From NCBI GenBank assembly GCA_026936335.1, contig JAPMXV010000033.1, positions 204,548 to 268,547 on the forward strand: 64,000 bases of DNA, written 5' to 3'. Position numbers and translations under genes: made by a program. Every line of letters begins with the position of its first letter. Positions within the stretch are counted from its first letter, which is position 1. Under the pieces are notes generated by a model. The model was not told the origin of the DNA. It saw nothing but the letters and a program-made list of their open reading frames with translations, and searched no databases. This DNA is from Mantamonas sphyraenae STR306 (lineage: Eukaryota; Protista; CRuMs). Positions 11,501-24,300 of the stretch are shown here, in pieces.

Positions 11501-14500
11501 GGCGGCGACGGGGCTGGGGACGAACGTCCGACCACGGCCGAATCGGACATTTTTGGCAAGTTGCTGCGTCCCAAGAGTGTGATGCTGCCCGAGGTGTATG
11601 TGACTAGTGCCGAGGGAGAGTCGCCGCTGGAAGAGGAGCCCAAAGAGCAGGAGCGTGGTGCCGAGGCAGATTACCACCAGGATGGGTCGCATGTGGTGCT
11701 GGAAGACTTTGTGGCAAAGGGGCCGCACAACCAGTTTCTGTCGCAGTGGGACAGTGCAGAAGGGGTGGAGGTGGACGCTGAGGGGATCCCATTGCTGGAC
11801 AACGAGGCGTTTTCCATGACCCTGCAACGGAGCATCGATCATGACGTGGGTCTGGAGCGCACAGTGCGGTTCAACGACATGCGCGACGACACGGACGACC
11901 GGATGAGTGTGATCAGCGAGACGGAGTACGAGGTGACGCATCAGGACGCCGAATCGGAAGAGGTGCTTCTGGAGCGCATTCGAGACAGCCACGCTGTGCA
12001 GAACCTGTTGAAGCGCATCCAAACACGAGGAAACGACGACGAAGCAGGGATGGGTGACGTGAACGCGTTTGAGAGGCAATGGCGACAGAAGCTGCAGCTG
12101 GCGCAGTACGAATGGTGCGTGCAACGTGTGCACTCGATGAAAGTTGTGGACGAGTTGCTGCTTGCGTTGAGCATTGTGTCAGAGGTGGGCAACGCACAGC
12201 GGAGCAATCCGCAGATTGTGTTTCTGCAAGCACTGCTGCACTACAAGCTGGGCCACTTTGGCGAGGCGGTGCGCTTCTTTTCCGAGTGCATTGTGCACAG
12301 TCAGGACATGGCCGAGGCATACTGGTTGCGTGCGACGCTACTGGTGGATGCGGAGCAGTATGACAAGGCGGAAGCCGATCTGAACCGTGTGTTGGAGCTG
12401 GACGACAGCCACGCAGACGCACATTTGCAGCGAGGTCTGCTGTTGCAACGGCGCAGCGACAACAAAAGTGCACTGAAGGACTACAACCGCACACTGACGC
12501 TGGACAAGGGCAACGCACTGGCGTACTACCAGCGAGGCACCGTGTACGAGGCGATGCAGCTGATGGACCAAGCAGCGAGCGACTACTCGATGGCGATCAA
12601 ACATGGGATCATGATTGCACATGCGTGGCTGAGGCGAGGCATGCACCTGATGGAGCAGGGGTCGCTGCAAGCGGCGTACATGGACATCAACGAATGCATC
12701 AAACTGGACAAGTCGATCGGCGAAGCGTACGTGCAACGTGGGATCCTGAACGTGCACTTCAACAAGCCCAACGACGCGCTGCAGGACTTTAACAAGGCGG
12801 TGCAGATGAACCCGCGCAACCCGACGCCGTTTCTGTACCGCGGGATCCTGTTGCGCGACGTCCAGCCGCGCAAGGCGTTGCGAGACCTGAGTGTGTCGAT
12901 TGCACTGGATGACAAGCAGTTGCAGGCGTTCAGCACGCGTGGCTACGTGTATCTGAAGCTGAAAAAGTTTGGCAGTGCGTTGGAGGATCTGCGGCGTGCG
13001 CTGGAGATGAACCCGTGGGACGTTCCGCTGCGTGTGAACCTGGCTGTGTTGATGATCCAAGTCAACTCGCAATACCGTGAGGCTGTGGACATGTTTTCGC
13101 AGGCCATCAAGATGGAGCCGATGTACACGCGTGCGCTGTTTTGCCGTGCGCACGCGTATGTGCGGCTGGGCCGCATGGAAGCAGCGGTGCAGGACTACAA
13201 CAGACTCATCCACATGTTCCCCACCAACGATGTCCTGTACCTGTATCGTGGCAAGTGTCTGCTCAAGACACGGCGTGTGGACCGTGCGCTGAGTGACTTT
13301 TTGTCTGCGCTGCAGATCAACCCGACGGCAAACAGCCTGTTTGCCAAGGGCTTTGAGAGCGTGAACAACCTGAACAAGTTTCCGGACGTGTTTGCGCTGA
13401 TTGGCATGAGCAAACTGAAGACGGGCGACTACAGCGGGGCGTTGTTGGACTTTAACGAGGCCATCCGCACAAAGAGCACCGATCCAAGCAACTTTGTGAA
13501 CCGTGGCCATTGCCTGCAGGCATTGGGCCAGTATGAGGACGCACTGCGTGACTACAGCGCAGCACTGAAGCTGAATCCTGCCATGCCCGAGGCGTACTAC
13601 CAGAGGGGCCTGTGCAAGATGACGTTGCACATTGAGGACGACGGCATGAAGGACTTTGAGAGTGCGTGCGGCTGGATCCAAAGTTTGTGGAGGCGTACAT
13701 GAGCCTGGCCAACCTGCACCACGAGCTGGGCCACGTGCAAAAGATGATGGAGCAGTACTCGCTGGCCATCTTCCACGAACCCAACCATGCGACGGCGCTG
13801 ATCAACAGGGGCACCATCAAGAACAAGATGCTGGACGTGCCCGGAGCACTGCGGGACTTTAGCAAAGCGATCTATGCGGACGGCAACTCGGCGACGGCGT
13901 TCTTTGGACGGGGCGTCAGCTACCAACTGCTGGGGCTGGCGTCTGCGAGCGAGCAGGTGGACGTGCTGGTGGACAACGAGTACACACGACTGGCCATCCG
14001 AGACTACAGCATCTCGTTGATGATCAACGCAGACAACGCAGACGCGTACCGCAACCGTGGCCTGCTGTACCAACGCAGTGGCAAGTACGTGAGTGCGCTG
14101 AACGACTTTCTCAAGGCGTGCGAGCTGTCGCCGTACGACATCCAACTGTTGACGGCGCTGGGCCAGTGCTATCACAAGCTGCACGAGTACGAAGACGCCA
14201 TTGCGGCGTACTCACGTGCCTTGGAGTCGGATCCATCCTACCAGAACGCATACCTGTCGCGTGGTTCGCTGTACTACGAAAAGGGCGACCCAGAAAGCCT
14301 GGAGCTGGCCAGGAGGGACTTTACGAAACTGATTGGGATCAACCCAACGAACACGGCGGCCATGGTGAACCTTGCGTACGTGCTGCAAAGTGAGGGACGC
14401 AACGACAGTGCATGGCGCATGTTTTCGTGTGCCCTGGCTGTGGATCCTCGTTGCATTCCAGGCGTACGAGGGGCGTGCCGTTGTGAGCGTGTCGCTGGGC

Positions 14501-15075
14501 GACCGCTTTGCGGCGTTTATGGACATCACGCAGGGAATGGAGTATGCGCCGGACAATGCAGAGTTGCTGAACAACCGGGGTGTGTTGCACGAGCTGATGA
14601 ACGACACGGCAGCGGCGGTGAGCAACTACACGCAGGCGATTTCGCAGAAACCCGAGTATGCGTTGCCGTACTTCAACTGGCCAACATCTACTTTGCACGC
14701 AAGCAATGGCGCAATGCGTTGCACTACTACGACCGTGCTCTGGAGTTGGACGACGAGGATGTGAGCGCGATGGTGAACAGGGCGATCACACGGAGTGTGT
14801 TGGGCGACCACGACGGGGCGCTGCAGGATCTGGACGCCGTGATTGAGCAGTATCCAATGCTGGGCAATGCGTACTTTAACCGGGCAAACATCTACAAGCA
14901 ACTGGAGAGGTACATCGAGGCGGAGCAGGATTTGAACATGGCGTTGCAGTTGATGCCCGACGACGCCAAGGTGTATGTGGGGCGTGCCGACGTGCTTGGC
15001 AAGCTCAACAAGGTGGACGACGCCATGGCGGACTATGCGTACGCGTTGCAGCTTGACCCCGAAGCGGACGGGTGA
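8588..15075 (+). CDS. Large TPR-repeat protein (TTC6-like): disordered N-terminal half, long TPR array. Exon 8588-8631, intron 8632-8928, apparent 1-nt indels near 13666, 14461 and 14677
   Basis: MSQTRGQPQEEEDDT|GTGAGT...TTCAG|ESEMDVY splices in frame. Many TPR consensus repeats (AYYQRG, AYVQRG, DFNKAVQMNP, DYSAALKLNP) continue across ORFs 8705-13702, 13666-15075 and 14372-14764. Confidence 0.85.
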
Positions 15076-15149
15076 GTGGAGGGTGAGTGGAGGGTGAGTG
15101 GAGGGAGTGTGGGGAATGAAGTGGCGAAATGCATCCTCGCCTGACTCAC

Positions 15150-15188
<39 letters not shown>
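15070..15188. repeat. (GGGTGAGTGGA)x3 minisatellite and (CAT)13 microsatellite between convergent genes
   Basis: Directly visible at 15070-15105 and 15150-15188. Confidence 0.9.
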
Positions 15189-15253
15189 GACACTTCCTTC
15201 ATTGCTTGCTTGCCTTGTTGGTTTTGTTTGCGACACGCACAGACAGCATCTGC

Positions 15254-16608
15254 TTAGGCAGAGACGTTGAGGGTGAGGCCGACCTGGGTGGTCTTGGGGT
15301 CCTCGAGTTGGCTGAGGGCAGTGGCGGCCGAGACGATCAGAGTGGTGTTCTTGTTGATCTGGTTGGAGAAGGAGAGGCCGACCTGGGCGTCCTTGTTGAT
15401 CTTGGCCTTGAAGGTGCTGTTGTCATCGACGTTGTAGGAGACGCCAAGGTCGAGCGAGGTGCTGTGCTCGTAGCGGGTCTTGTCGTCGTTGTCGTCTTTC
15501 TTGTCGCCCTCTGCCTTGTTGTCGGCCTCGGCAGCCACCTCGGTGACCTTGTAGGAGAAGACGGCGCCGAACTGGGCGTCCGGGTTGATCTCCTGGAAGA
15601 GGGAGACGCTGACGGTGTCGAGGTTGGAGCCCTTGACAACGATGCTGGTCTGCTTGCCAGACACGTAGCCGACAGCCACATCCCAGTCCTTGACGAGGGG
15701 CGACTCGTCCTTGGCGGCGTCCTTGTTGTCGTCGTCCTTTGCGGCCTTGTTGTCGGCCTTGTTGTCGGCCTTGTCGTCAGCCTTGTCGTCCTTCTTCATG
15801 GTGCCGAGGTCGAGGTTGACGTTGGCGCTGTGGACGATGGGGTGCAGGAGATGGATACGCAGGCGTGGGTGTGAGTGTGTGGGCGTGGCACGGGTGTGGC
15901 GAGGCAGGGTGGGGCGAAAACGGCCCAGCGTGAAAAAACGCGCGGTGGAGCGAGAGGGAAATGCGCAAAGGGGGCAAAACTCACCCAATGACGATGTTGT
16001 CGACGACACTGAAGGTGCCGTTGACGTTTGCGCCGATGGCATCGCATCCGGTGAGGGAAGCGTCGGCGACAAACTGGTCCTGAGTAAAGGTGACGCCGGC
16101 CTTGCCCGTGTAGGCGGTCGGGGTGATGCTGGTCTCGCCGTACACCTTGAGGCCCTTGGTGATGCCGTCCTTGTTGTTGGCCTTGAAGGTGATCTTGTCC
16201 TTCTTGCCAGACTCGCCCTTGCCCGAGACCTCAAAGCCGTTGGCCTTGAACTTGCCCTCGAGAGAGGTGGTGGTGCCCTTGGCGCCGGTGACGGCCTTGC
16301 CAGTCCAGGTCTTGGGGAAAGGGGAAAACACGTGTCAATGGTGCGCCCGGCACGCGTGTGGGCGAGGGTGGGCATGTGGGCGGCACTTACCAGGTTGTCG
16401 TTGGTGGTCTTGACCTTGGCGGTGGTGCCGAGATCAAAGTCGTCGCCGAGCAGGTCTGTGTGGAGCAGTGGCCGGGTGGGTTGTGAGCGCAGGTCGGGCG
16501 CATTTCAGGCAGATTTTTCGACCGTTGGCCGCGGAGCGGGACGTCCAGGGGCCGGCATGCAAACTTACCGTCTGCGCTCTTGGTGAGGTCCTTGAAGATG
16601 TTGGGCAT
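15254..16608 (-). CDS. VDAC: Mitochondrial porin / voltage-dependent anion channel. Exons 16608-16569, 16455-16391, 16310-15985, 15827-15254
   Basis: Spliced N-terminus MPNIFKDLTKSADDLLGDDF matches the VDAC N-terminal helix; amphipathic beta strands; C-terminal LGVSYNVDDNSTFKAKINKDAQVGLSF...TQVGLTLNVSA beta-signal; three canonical introns. Confidence 0.88.
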
Positions 16609-17135
16609 CCTGATATCGAATTGGGGTAAGAGGGTAGGTTTGTTGGACTGTGGTGGGGTGTGAGCTGGGTGCGGGGTTTTTGCTGCGCGAGGCGGGTTGG
16701 ACCACAAAAAGCGAGGGCACCTTGTTTTTTTGCAACGGAGGTGGCCTTTGCTGGGCTGGGGATGTGAAGGGAGAATGCAAAGTGGGCCATAGGGACACAT
16801 ATGGATGCAGCACATGCGCTGATGTGTATGGCGATGGTCGTAGGGCATCCCACCACCGCGGAAGCAGGGGCGGGAGTTGCTCAACCTTGGGGCCATTTCA
16901 AAAATGGCGGGTCATTTCAAGTTGTCCGGGAACTTGGGAGAGGCGGCAACGGACGAGGGAGGAAGGCATGGACGACGCAGGAGTGCGGAACAGACACAAC
17001 GGGGGATGGGCATGCACATGTGTGTTGTGTGATGGGATGGATGGAGCGCGGTGGTGTTTAGGTGTTTTCTAAACTGACACTGTTCCTGTGGCGACGGGGG
17101 CGCATGGCCCGAGACAATCCAAAACACAGTCGGCC

Positions 17136-18353
17136 ATGTCGTTGATCAACTCGACGGACATTGTCAAGGTGGCGACCAAGGGTCTTGTGGACACGTTGAC
17201 GAAGCTGTTGGAGAGCAACCCGGAAAAGGCGAACCGGGTAGACCATGTGGGCAGGACGGCGTTGATGGCAGCGGCCGAGTTTGGCAACACCGACGCTGTA
17301 AAGACGTTGCTGGCACATCCAAACGTCGATGTGAACATCGTGAGCTTCAAAGACAACGAGTCGGCGCTGATGCGTGAGTTGCCGTGGGGTGTCCAGGGTT
17401 GACGTTGTGTTTGTGTGTGTGTGTGCGCAAAAGTTCTTTTTGCAAGAGGGCTTGCGGGTGTGACACGAGTGGACGTATGGAGGTGAACGTGGCGAGACAG
17501 GTGTGGGAGCTGTGTGTCCGCTGCCATTGTGTGTGTGGGAGGGGCATTGAGGGCACAAGGGGCCCACAGTGGAGCAGGGGAGGGTCGCTGACAACCAAGA
17601 CTTGGGGGTTGGGTGCCTGGATTCGTTTCCCGGACATGGACGGCCACAGGAGCGGCAAGGCGATCCAGAACGGATATCATGAAGCTGCTGCTGGATGCGG
17701 GAGCCAACACATACATTAGGAATTCGAGCGGACAAAGCGTGCACGAACTTGTGGACGAGGCGGGGTTGCAGGTTCTGATCAACGCAAACACAGGACGGGC
17801 ACCGACGCTGCTGGATGGAAGCGAGAACACATGTGTGGCAAACGAAGTGTGTGAACTGGCGGCAGAAGATTCAAACAGCGAGGCGTTGCGTGAGCTGTTG
17901 GTAGCCAAGCCATGGGCGCTGAACTCGCAGAACCAGGAACGGCACACGGCGTTGCACGTGGCGGCCAGAGAGTGCAACGTGGAGTGTGTCAAGGTGCTTC
18001 TGTCGTGTGAAGGCGTGGATTTGCACGTGGACAGGCAGTACACGCCTCTGCATATGGCGTACATTGCAGGAAGCAGGGGTGAAACGGTGGTGCAGCTTCT
18101 TCAGGAGGCAGGAGCGTCACGAGAGATCAAAGACACCTTGTTTGGCATGGCCCCCGAGGCACTGGGTCGTAAGGTGGAGAGTGGAAGGATTTCATTGGGT
18201 AAGAAGGGCTATCCGATGACACACAGCGACCTTGTGACACAGTCGATGCGCAAGAAGGCCAGCAAGACGGAGGTCTCCGTTGTGGATGAATTGGAGCGTG
18301 ATGTTGGTGGCAGTGAGAGCATTGATGTGACCAGCAGCAGTAGTAGTAGTAGT

Positions 18354-18396
<43 letters not shown>

Positions 18397-21300
18397 GTGG
18401 GTTGATGAGGAAGAGGAGGAGCAGCCAGGAAATCGGCCTGGCCATGACAAAGAGCTCGCAGATGAGCGAATGGCTGGATGGGAGCTTGTCGAGATCTGAA
18501 AGCATGCGAGGCGAGGACAGCCCTGGACGAGAGATTTCCTTTGATCAGACGCTGCGTTTGCAGGGGCTGTACCGCAAAGCTGAATTGAAGCTGAACGTCG
18601 CCGACATGCAGTCGCTGCGCCCGGATATGTCCTATGTATCACGAGGGCGAGATTTTATGAAGGAGTTGACGAGGATGCTTCTGTGGAACGACGAACAGAT
18701 CCAACAGGGAGGGTTCCCGGCTATTGAACAGGTCATCTACTACTGCAACACGGTGGACTTTAAGAACGCACCACTGTCCAAGGTGACGGAGATGGACTTT
18801 GCTCTTCAGAAGTACACCGCCATTCACTATGGCTCCTCCCTGATTGAGGACGCAGCGATCGCGCAGTCGGAGGCGGCCAAGACGCTTGTGCAGAGCTTGT
18901 TGGCCATAATCGAAGGAGCCAAGTATGTGAAAACATTGGAGGAACAAGGTGTGCGGGTGCCAAATCGATCAGAAGTGATGGAGACGCAGCTCGTGGAACC
19001 GCTGAAGCGGTACAAAGTGCAAACAGGCCGGGCTGCGGTCGGGATGGTGGACAAGGACGAGGAAGATGACGAGGAGGAAGGTCAGCAAGGGGAGGAGAGA
19101 GATGTTGATGATGCGCAAGAGGTTGGGGCGGCCACGTCATCCGTGGAGCTGCGCTGCTCTGTGTGGCCGTACTACACCGCCGGTACGTTTGCAGAAACGC
19201 GCAGAGTGGACAAGGTGCATGTGCACGCGGATGCGTGGCCGACGTTGCGCGTATGGACTGCGGACGAACGCACGGCCATGATCACCAAGGTGTTGCAACA
19301 AGTGGGGCTGGACGCAGGAGAGGCGACGGTGTATGTGCACGTGTATGCGCAGACAGAGAACGTGAGCGAAGTGGCACAGGCTCTGCAGGCTGTGGGTTAC
19401 AGCGGCACGGTGATTGTGGTGGCCGAACAGTCGCTGTGCGACGCTGACGACGAGACACAGCAGCGTGTGGCCGAATGCGTGCTGCACAAGACCAACTGGG
19501 AATGCGTGGTTCACGTACCCATACCAGCGTTTGGACTGCTGTGCGCGTTGATTCATGCAGCGGTGGACAAGAACGCAGATGCACAGCAGCTGATCCAGGT
19601 GGATGTCGCGCAGTACGACGAAATCGTTTCCCAGGAGATGGAGGCGTGTGCCGCGGTTGCATATCGATACATGCACACAGAAGAGCAGGCGGTGCGTGTG
19701 GAATTGAGCTGGCTGTCTGTGGACAAAGACGGATGGAGCTCGTCGGCCATGAAGGCAGTGTGCTTTCGCGACTCGGACGAGCTGCGTGCGGCGCTCACAC
19801 GTGGCAACTGGGAGTTGGAACCGGTGACCCTGATGGATGCGCTGCGTGAGGACCCACGCGTGCTGTACGTAGAAGAGCGCGGCTCGCCACGTGTACAAAC
19901 GGTGGAATTGAATGCGCAGGAGCGCAGTGCAGCGGCTCAGACGATGAGGGTAAAGATGGGCAAGGCCGAGCTTTCATGCAGCGGTCTTCGGTTCCTCCCA
20001 CCGCCTTGCGTGATGGTGGAGGAGCGCACGTGGAGCACATGGCGGGACTGCGTCGACGGTGATGTGATGGCAGTCCAGGGACTGAAGCCGTGGGCGCAAC
20101 GGCGAGTGGGACGGGATATCCTGCAGTACATGTCCAAGTGGAAGTTCCTGGAGGCATCCAGGGACGCTGATGATCGCGTGGACAATGCGACGCCGTGGCT
20201 TCGGGAACGATGCACGCCAACGTCGTTGCTGAACACACCGAGCATGGACTGGAGGTTGGCAGGAGAGAACTTGTCAGCGCCTGGAAACGATCCAGCTCTG
20301 CGGTCACTTCACCACAGGATGCGCAACCTGTCCAAATGGTACGTGAACCACAGGAGCACGGTGGAGGTGCTTGTGATGATGCAAGAGAGCGTGGAGGAGG
20401 TGAACGCGCAGCTGTCGGGAGTGCGCAGCCGTGAAAGGACGCTGGCTGCCCTGGTGAGCGAATTGCAGCAACCGGGCATGGAAGATGTGGGAACCCTGGT
20501 GGCACGTGAACTGGAGCTGTTGAACGGACAAACAGCGACGCAAACGACGTTCGATGACCTGATGAGTGCCGAGGGACGCGCAGCGGAGCTTGTGCGGCGA
20601 GTGGAGTACTTGGGCTCCGCGGAAAGGAACTACGGGTACGGGCGCATGACGCGCGAGAGCTTGCAGGAGGTGTGGGAGGTGGCAGGACAGAGGGAGCTGC
20701 GCGTGGACGAAGATAGCACGCTAGGCAACACGACTCTGGTGTTGAAACAGATGCAGCGCATGGTGGTGGCAGCGCTTGCGTTGGAACTGCAGTATGACCG
20801 GGATTCGCAATCGAGCAGCGTGGAAAGCGAGGTGGGCGTCGTGGATGTGGATGTGGGAGCATTTGGGGGATGCAACGACTCGGTCATGGACATGTGTTGG
20901 CGTGCGGCCCTCTTCAGCGACGAGCAGCGCATGAACACGGAAGCGGTGACGACGCTGGTGGACGAATTGCTTGCAGGTACGGTACCCGGGGAGTTTGATT
21001 TGCACCCGGACGTGCTGGAGAAACTGGCGAACCCGAGCTCCGGGTTTTCCGAGGGATCGACACGACGGTTGAGTCAACGCTGGATGGCGTGGCGAGTACT
21101 TGGCGAAGAGGCGTACACGTTCACCGAGCAATTGATGGCGCTGCAGAGAAATGTGTCCCTGGCGGTTCCTGATGGGTACATGGAGCTGGGACGGTTGTTG
21201 GCAAGTGGACATGTGGACGATACGTTGAATCCGCCCGAAAGCGACCCCGAAGTGCTGCGTGTTTGGATGGCGACAAAGGAGCTGCTGGGTGTGATGGAGC

Positions 21301-24300
21301 CACTGCTGGGAGAGTGGCACAGGGGCGCGGAGAAGCGCAGGGAGGCACCTGTAATGCCAAAGGAAAAGGCAGAGGCCGAGGCTTGGGAAACGTACGGACG
21401 TGTGGTGGACGGTGTTTTCCAGCGTACAGGAGACGTCGTGTCGCAACAGGAGCTGGTTGCAAGTGTGCTGGGGGTGCCTCAAGCCGAGGTCCAGGATCAG
21501 TGGAATGTGCTGATGAGCTGCATGGACGTGTTGGCGACGGGGTACCGCGTGCACTGTTTCTTCCGCGTGCGGTTCCTGCGCTGTCGGGACACACGTGTGC
21601 GTGCACGCATGGAGCGCGAGTGTGGCACAAACAGGACGCGTGCGTCGAGCGGCGTTGTCCAGAGCATGATCGAGCGATTTGGAGACGAGCTGGACACGGC
21701 GATCGAGGCAAGCAAGATGGACGTGCGCCTCGTAGATGTGCACGCACTGCGTGCGGAAGACATGCGTGCACTTGGGGAGTGGGAGCATGGGGACGAAGCG
21801 AGCGTGCTGTGTGCAACCCTGAGTGTGCTGCAGAGCAGCTGGGAAGGACAGCGCGTGCGCTTGACACGAGAGGACCTGAGCGGAGGTGGATGTGTGCGCG
21901 TGTTGCGCATGGTGCGTGCGTTTGACGTACACCATGTGACACCTGCCATTGTGGCGGAAATGTGGTGCAGCATGCGGCATGGGTTGACGCTTGCGGGCGA
22001 GGCAACACAATGCTGTGCGGCGTTTCTGAGCCTTTTGGGCCATGTGGTGGAACTGGTGCGAGTGGCCATGGTGCGTGGTGCGCTAGGGTCCTTTTCGCGG
22101 GACCGGGAGCAGGAAATCCAGACGAGCTGGCCCGGCCTGGTGGAGTTTGGGACATGGGTGGAACAGCTGTTGGACGGCCCCAGCCACGACCGTGAGGGTG
22201 TACTTGCGGAGCGCTCAAATGCGCCGGTACAATGGACGATGGACGTGCAGCTGCATGGGAGCCAATGGCTGCGACATTTGCTCGGGGACGAACGGAAGAG
22301 CGTGAGCGCGCCCATTCTGGAGCAAGCGGTCGAACAAGGACGAGAACTGGACACAGGCTTTGCGCACAATGCGTTGGAGGCGGTGACGCTCTTTAGCGAA
22401 AGTCGCAAAATGTATGCGACGGTGTTGGCCCACCTGAGAGGCCAGGATCGTCGTCCTCTGCAGCGTGTGCAGCGCATGCAGACAAAACAGGGTGTGCACC
22501 GGGGTCCAATGAGTGCACGCACACGCGAGCGAGAAGCGTGGTTTGCTGCACGTGCAAAGCTTGTGCGCAAGTGCACACCCGGCATCATGCAAGATGTGGC
22601 GGATCTGAAGATGCAGGTGTCAACAACCGGCGAACGCGGCACGCTCACATCGACCAAGACTCTGGACGGGTTTTGGCCCCGATACGGTGAGCTGTTGAAT
22701 GGCCTGCAAGAGTCTGTGTACCCGCGTGAGCAGTTTGAGGCGCTGTACGCAGGTGTGGCGAGCGGGAATGGCGTATTCGCTCTGGTGATGGAGGAACTTT
22801 GCCTTCTTGCTGGTTTTCAGGGCCGCATGAGTGCCTTGGACGACACGACGTTGTGTACGTTGCTTCTGGCTGTTGCTCAGGTGCGCCCACAGCATCTGCG
22901 CGTGCAAACTGTCGCACGCGTGGCCAAGGTGGCAAGCATGGCGTGGATGCACCCCGAGAAGCTGTGGAATGTGTCTCCGCTGCTTGCAGACATGCAACAG
23001 TACGTGGATGTCGTTCTTGTACAGAGGCTATCCCGCTCACCGTTGTGGCACGGAGCACCCGTGCTGACGCGCGAGGTGTTGGGCCACGAACGGGCGAGCT
23101 TGCGCGAGCGGATGCAGCGTCCTGATGGACGGTACTTTGATGGACGGTACTTTTCATATACCTTCAACGATGCGGGAGGTGAGGCGCGCGTGGACCAGAT
23201 CCTGCGCCAGGTTCTGGAGACCGGAGACGTGTGGCGCGAGTCTGGTCTGGCAAACGTGGGTCGACAGGTGCAAAAGGAGGGACAAGACCAAGACCAGAAC
23301 GACTACAACACGAAAGACCTTGCACTTTGGTGGACACACCTCGACCCACACCGGAAGGCATCGGTGACGGATGCGTACGCCAACTCCAGGGCAAGAGAAA
23401 GGCAGGAAGCGCAGAGATTGAGCCCATCCCCGAAACAAGTGCAATTGGAGCTGGTGATGAAAGCCAAGTTTGGCGATGCGCCTGTAAGCGTGCAAATTCC
23501 CCTGGGTACGCCGCATGCAAGTGCCAAGGATTTGGACCAGGTGTTGGGCAAGCATGGGGCTCGTGGTACCCTGCATCTGGGCGCAGGGGACATCGCATAT
23601 GCTGTGGACATGCTTTGGGTGAACACGACAGTTGCAGCAGAGTGTAAACCGGTGGTGGAGGCGCATCTGCGGGAGCTGCTGTCGTTGCAAGAGCTTGTGT
23701 TCAACACGCCGCATTCGACTGTTGTTGCGCTGCAAGAGCGCTCAGCATGGAAACCAAGCACGGCAGCGAAAGATCGAGTGTGGCAGCACATGACGCGTCG
23801 TAGTGTCGCGCTTAGCAAGGCTGTGTGCGAATGGCCTGACATTCGGCAGCTGACGCACGTGCGTGCCGATTGGGTTCTGCAGGCCGTGGCGTTGCAGTTT
23901 GGCTGGTCCGCAGAGGCCCTCGGGGCAGCGCTGAACCGGGTGGACAACCATGTGGACGCAGAACGCCTGGCTGGCCTGTACCACTCGCGCTCTCGCAAGA
24001 TGCTGGAAGGTGTGGCACGAGGAGATAGCCAGGCGATGGAAACGTTGCGAGATATGGAAAGGGGGATGCGGGAGAGCCGTGGGGATTGGTCACACGTGGA
24101 TCTGCCCGCAGAGGTATTGCTGAGTGTGGTGGACACGCTTGTGGTGGGACGTGCCCTGGCAGACATGTGGGAAGGAGGATTGGCAAGCGTATGTGTGCCA
24201 CTGGGTTTAGACGGCGTAGGCGAAGACGAGGAAGAGGAGGCAGCGGTCCCGGGAGATGTGGTGCAGTGGCTGCAACGAGGCGACAGCTCGCAGTTGGAAA

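Noticed and set aside
13662-13683. 22-nt GT-AG micro-intron explaining the first TPR frameshift
   Set aside because: Removal gives the wrong frame and deletes the TPR-consensus RLDPK.
15033-15236. Poly-Met ORF
   Set aside because: Translation of the (CAT)13 microsatellite in a 3' intergenic region.
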